From contig CBFDEM010000053.1 of assembly GCA_965603825.1 (NCBI GenBank), forward strand, positions 868,001 through 932,000: a DNA stretch of 64,000 bases. The letters are read 5' to 3'. Shown here piece by piece: positions 58,857-64,000 of the stretch. The translations under genes and the position numbers were made by a program. The stretch is from Blepharisma stoltei ATCC 30299. Taxonomy: Eukaryota; Protista; Ciliophora. Positions within the stretch are counted from its first letter, which is position 1. Every line of letters starts with the position of its first letter. The notes under the pieces were generated by a model. It was given only the letters and a program-made list of their open reading frames with translations, was not told where the DNA came from and did no database searches.

Positions 58857-60554
58857 ATGTTTAGGAGATTTGGCACATTAGCTGACCTTTCAAGCAGGCA
58901 CGTTGGAAAAGCTGTGGACTATTTCAGATCACTCTCATTAGAAGAAAAACTAAAAGCTGAAGAAGATTTGCCTGCATATGCGACTCAGCTAATCATGTAC
59001 GGTGGCACCACCCAGCCATTAGAAGAATTAAAGAACTTTTCAACAAACCACCTTAAAAAACCTATAATTCTCTACAAACCTGCCAAAGAGCCTTTAAATA
59101 CCATGCTTGAAAATGCTCTGAGTCACAAAAGCATGGTCGATTTAGACATAGCAATCCATTTTCTCTGGCACAATTTCCAAGAAGTAAAATTCCCATACAA
59201 GAAAGTAATAATTACCTAGATCCTCAAGAAGCTTTTGCCGCTTCAACCTATAGGTTCAACTGAAAACAAAGAGTTATGGAGAAAGCTGACTTCAGAAATG
59301 TTCTACTATGCATGTCCAGACTACATTAATGAAGAAGACACAAGTAACTTTACTTTAAATTACTCAGACCAGCCTTACGCATATCCAGCCCTTGCTAAAA
59401 TGGCACACAAATTCGAAGACGTGAGAGCTACCAAGCTTAGACAAGAGGTGAGTAATCTGCGTAAACATTATTTAAATTCTCTTGAAAAGACTTTTATTGA
59501 CAAAAAGAACTACGAGCTTGCAAAAGGCTACATAAAAAATTTATTTGAAATGAAAGAGCCAGCAAGAGTTGAAATCGGGTTTTTGTCGTCGCTTTTCTAT
59601 TGGGCTACTTATTATCAAGACTCAGAATTCATCTTCCAAGCATACGAAAAGCAATCTTTGATAAACCGAGGAAACCAAATCACTGAATTGTATGCCCATA
59701 CAATGTACCAAATAAGTTTATTGGATCTTGAAGGAGAATATATCCCTGTGATGGACAAAATTATTAGCAGGCTGAAATTCGAAAACCCAAATTATTATAA
59801 AGAATTTGTGTTCGCGAATAAATTTGCAAGTGAGGCTATGGTGAGAAGCTACATAAAGGATGGAAGATATGAAGACGCAGTTGTGTTTATGTATGACTTG
59901 AACAGACTTGGCTGTAAATTGCCATATAATTGCACTTCTGAGCTTGCACAGCTTGCTTTTAAAGATAAAAAAGCTAGGGTCATTCAAATGATCCAGTCTT
60001 TTGACCACACTTTAAGCTACATCGAAATGAACTCTATGATTATGACACTGAGAGAAGAAATGGATAAGAATGGAGAGCTTTTGGAGAAAAGATTTGCAGA
60101 GGATAAGTATTATACGCAGTCCTCAAAGTATTTAATCCCTATGCTATTATGCAGAAAAATGCCTGTGAAAGGAGTGATTGGAGAGGAGGATAATTTTGTG
60201 CCTTATTTTAGAGAAAAATGAGCACCTATAGATTCGGAAGAAGACGATTCGGATATGGAAGAAAAAAATGAAAGACAAGAAAGGAGGAGAAGGGATGAAG
60301 AAAGTGAGGATGAGAGATTTAACCCGGAAAATTTTGTTAATTTAAGAGATGAGGCTGATGGAGAAAGGAAAGAGAAAAAAGGGAAAAGGGTGGCAAATGA
60401 TATAGATATGAGGTCTAAAAAGAGATATGCAAGCCAAAGAAGTGAAATAGATGAATTTGAAGACAAGTCTGAGGTTGAAGACCCAGATATTGTCCCAGAT
60501 ATAAAAAAGCATGAAGATGAAGCAGAAGAAATACCAATAGAATTAAAGGATTAA
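58857..60554 (+). CDS. Probable mitochondrial helical-repeat (PPR-like) protein with acidic tail, one 15-nt intron
   Basis: Presequence-like MFRRFGTL; intron 59205-59219; AMVRSYIKDGRYEDAV is PPR-like; TGA 60219=Trp. Confidence 0.65.
59205..59219 (+). other. 15-nt spliceosomal intron GTAATAATTACCTAG
   Basis: GT-AG, A at position 10, in-frame TAG. Confidence 0.85.
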
Positions 60555-60829
60555 TTTTAAGAATCTTTAATAAAAGCTTATATTTTCATATTGATAAATC
60601 AATTTATCGAGTATTTGTCAAATGTTTTTTAGAGAAATTTGTAAAAAATAAAAACAAGTTTTTATTTTCATATACTTGGATATTCTCGTAAACAATTCTT
60701 TAAAAGGCTATACGGGAATAATGTTATGAGCTAATATAAAAACATAAATTGCTTTAATTTGTATCACTTTTTCAAAGTAGTGTCAATAATTCAATGCCAT
60801 TTATTGACTTTTGAAAATAGCTACAGATA

Positions 60830-62106
60830 ATGGCTGGCAAAAAGCTCAACATCCCTCGCAACGTAATAGACTGGGACGTAGGCCCTAACTACCAAATTAT
60901 CAAGCAGCTTGGCTCAGGCAGTTATGGAATGGTCTGTGAAGCAAGACATGTACCTACAGGCAACGAGTGGCAATCAAACAAATGACCAAAATTTTTGATG
61001 ACTTAATAGATTGCAAGAGGCTGCTACGAGAAGTAAGCATCTTAAAGCATCTCAATCATCCAAATATAGTCAAAATGAGAGAAATTCTGCTACCTAAAAA
61101 CCTTCAAAATTTCAATGAGCTTTATGTTGTTATAGAACATGCCCAGTCAGACCTCAAAAAACTGATAAAAAGCCCAGTCCACTTGCAAGGACACCATATT
61201 CAGCTAATCACTTATAATATTATCTGTGGACTTAAATATATTCACAGTGCTAATATTTTGCATAGGGATCTAAAACCTGCAAATATTTTACTTAATGAAG
61301 ATTGTGAAGTGAAAATTTGTGATTTTGGGCTAGCGAGAAGTGTGACAGAGGAGAATAAAGAGAATGCTGATATGGAGGTGGAGCAAGAAGAAGTGCATCC
61401 TACGACACAACATGTGAAGCAAGAAAAACCTCAAGGGAAACCGAAATTGGTGAGAAGCAAGCCAGGACTTCAGACGAAAACTGAATTAACTGGGCATGTT
61501 GTTACAAGATGGTATAGAGCACCGGAGCTGATTTTACTAGAAAGAGAGTATACTAAGGCAATTGATGTTTGGAGTCTTGGTTGTGTTATTGCAGAACTCT
61601 GTGGGATGCTAAGGGAAAATACTCCAACTTTTATGGATAGAAGCCCATTATTCCCAGGAAACTCATGCTTTCCGCTATCCCCAGACCACCACACCAAGAT
61701 GAGAAGTGCAGGTTTTCCTTCAAGCAACAGTGACCAATTAAATGTAATTTTTGAAGTCATCGGGACTCCTGATGACTCCGACAAGCAGTTCATTACTGAT
61801 GATAAAGCGTTAATTTACTTGAATTCCTTCGGCGAAAGAGAAAGAAAAAGCCTCGCTTTAATTTATCCACATTCTGACAGAGCTTTAATCGAGTTGATGG
61901 AAAACATGATCTTATTTAACCCCAGAAAGCGAACTTCATGCATCGAAGCTTTGCGGCACCCTTACTTTGACTCTGTCCGAGATGTTCAGAAAGAAATTGA
62001 CGCAGAAGTGCCTGCTGATTTTGAATTTGAGCATATTGAAAATATTACGGCTCAGCAATTGAGAGAGTACTTTATCCAAGAAATTATGCGGTATCATCAA
62101 TCCTAA
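60830..62106 (+). CDS. Alveolate-type atypical MAP kinase (TGH activation loop) with a -1 frame break at about 60959-60961
   Basis: [20 protein letters not shown] in one frame; [15 protein letters not shown] and [13 protein letters not shown] in the -1 frame. Confidence 0.9.
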
Positions 62107-62166
62107 TCTAAAAATCCCTAACTCATATATAAAACCTGATAATCAGTTTCATACTTTATAATTAAA

Positions 62167-64000
62167 ATGGAAATTGAAGAGCTTATTCTGCATAGAAAAC
62201 AAACATCGCATTCTGAAGATACCGAACTGATTGAAACAATAGAAGAAACCGCTTTTTCGCTTCTTGACAAAGGAAACTGAAAGAAAGCTCTCGAACTGAC
62301 AGAAAAAGCAACCCATATAAATGGTCCTGTAAAAGGTCAAAACGACCCAAAAACTGAAGAATTCGTATCCACCATGCTTAAAAAAATCTGCGGAATCGCA
62401 ATCGAAAGGATCGAAAAAAACGACGCAGCATCTGCCTTGACTCTTTTGGAAAGGCTTGAAACAATAACACTGAAATTTCACAGCTCGCAACTCACAGCTG
62501 ATAAATGTGAAATTTTTAATAATATAGCTTGTGCCTATCGAAAAATCAATAAACTGCATACAGCTAAGCGGTACCTAGAGAAGGCTTTACTGCTTACCAT
62601 GAATGATCATGAGGACAGAATTGACAAATCCACGACCTATTTGAATATGTGCGCTGTATTATCCAATTTGCATAAGCATAGCCAAGCTATTCGGTATGCG
62701 AGACAGGCAATGCAGTTCGCTCAAGAAGAGCTGCTAAATGCGAAACTTGATGAAAAGCAAGAAGTGATGAACCATAAAATTGCTGTGCTGGGAATTGCTT
62801 ATAACAATTTAGGGGTTGAAGAAGAGTTTTTGGGGAATAAACAAAATGCTATTGAATGGTATAGAAAAGCTGTGAATTTTATGATGAAAAATTCGAATGC
62901 ACAGCAGGAACATTTGTTGGAAAATTTCAGACAGTGCTATGAAGAAGCTGTTAAAAAAGGAGAAGGGAAAAAGACTGTGAAACTTAAAAGACCAATGTCA
63001 GCTATTATAAATAAACAAAGCCAATTAAGTATTTCAAGCAAAAGCAATAGTTCGAAGGTGAATTCAAGACCAAACGGGAATAAAAGAAAATATGAGAGCA
63101 CGCCAATGTCACCTTCCTTGGAAGGAGGATTTAATACAAGGTATCCTTTGGAAGGGAAGCCTATCACTTTTGACGATATTAGGGTAAAAACAAGGAAAAT
63201 AGCATCTGCTAAGCAAAAAATGCATTATAAGCTTTATGCAGGGTCAGAGGCAAGCAGAGATAGTGATACAGAAGAAGATATCAAAGATTTAGATGATCTT
63301 GGACTTCTTAGTGATTTAGAAGAATCTGAGAAAATTGACAAAACATCTAATAAAAGGGTTGCTTGAAGTGCTGCAAAAGATAGACCTCCAATTCATCCAA
63401 ATATCAATTCTAAACCAATATTTTCTATCAGATCAATAGCTTCAGCACGCAGGCAGCCAAAAAATTTAAGCAGTACTGATAAAAAATCCTCAACTTCCAA
63501 ACTTCTTCCTCTTGAAATTATGGAAACCCCAAATAAAGGTACAGAAATCGTGAGTCAGCCAATTTTTCATTTTATCGACTACAATGACCCTAAAACCTTA
63601 ATAATCCCTAAAAAAAAAGAAGAAATCAAAGTCGAACCCGAACCAAAAATTGAGGAAATCCCAGAAACACCTAAAAGCAAACCCCAAACCCCAGAAATAA
63701 TCACAATTATAAAAGAAGAAAAAATAGTTGAAAAACCAATGCCTGAAATTAAGCTAACAAAAAATGAAGAAAAAAAACCCTCGAAAAATCTTATTGAAAA
63801 AATCGACAAAAACGTGACAAAGAAAAAAAATGAAATTGACATGTCAAAGGCGCTTCCTTTTATAATAAAGCTACAAGCTAGAGTAAGAGCCATGCAAGCT
63901 AGAGAAAAATTTAAACTAATGAAAAATAAACCAAATGTTGTGTATAGAGCAGTAAAGTTTATAAACCAGCAAGAATTCAAAATAATTGTGTCAAAAATGG
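62167..64000 (+). CDS. TPR and IQ-motif protein, 3' end runs off window
   Basis: FNNIACAY, TYLNMCAVLS..H..A, IAYNNLGVEEEFL TPRs; IIKLQARVRAMQAR IQ motif; TGA=Trp. Confidence 0.8.

Noticed and set aside
1-64000. Transposons, CRISPR arrays, group I introns, retained IESs
   Set aside because: No transposase or RT motifs, repeat-spacer arrays, rRNA insertions, or TA-bounded inserts interrupting CDSs were seen.

Overview
AT-rich, gene-dense eukaryotic nuclear DNA from a heterotrich ciliate, most consistent with Blepharisma. UGA is read as Trp: two paralogous insulysin genes show reciprocal TGA/TGG swaps, and TGA falls at invariant Trp positions in Myb, WD40, kinase and Prp19 domains. Genes end in TAA/TAG, introns are 15 nt (GTAA....A at position 10...TAG), and spacers between genes are often 2-150 bp. 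Recoded this way, the fragmented ORF track resolves into about 34 protein genes, one tRNA-Asp, and one very compact rDNA unit (18S-5.8S-28S, minus strand) sitting between protein genes with no telomeres or tandem copies. The most unusual observations are: (1) a 68-aa protein made of a histone H3 N-terminal tail plus basic/acidic tails and no histone fold (possible H3-tail decoy); (2) an MCU N-terminal-domain/TPR chimera directly upstream of the MCU gene; (3) a Prp19 with no WD40 domain; (4) a Nup62/Nsp1-like nucleoporin whose FG repeats are replaced by GFP/SLFP/FQ motifs; (5) an orphan coding-like fragment beyond the rDNA, suggesting the rDNA may interrupt a coiled-coil gene; (6) a Myb gene with a long, structured, uORF-rich leader and a -1 frame break at GGC-A, the same context as a -1 break in a MAPK gene (assembly error or recoding). 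All calls were made by eye from sequence and family knowledge; no searches were run.
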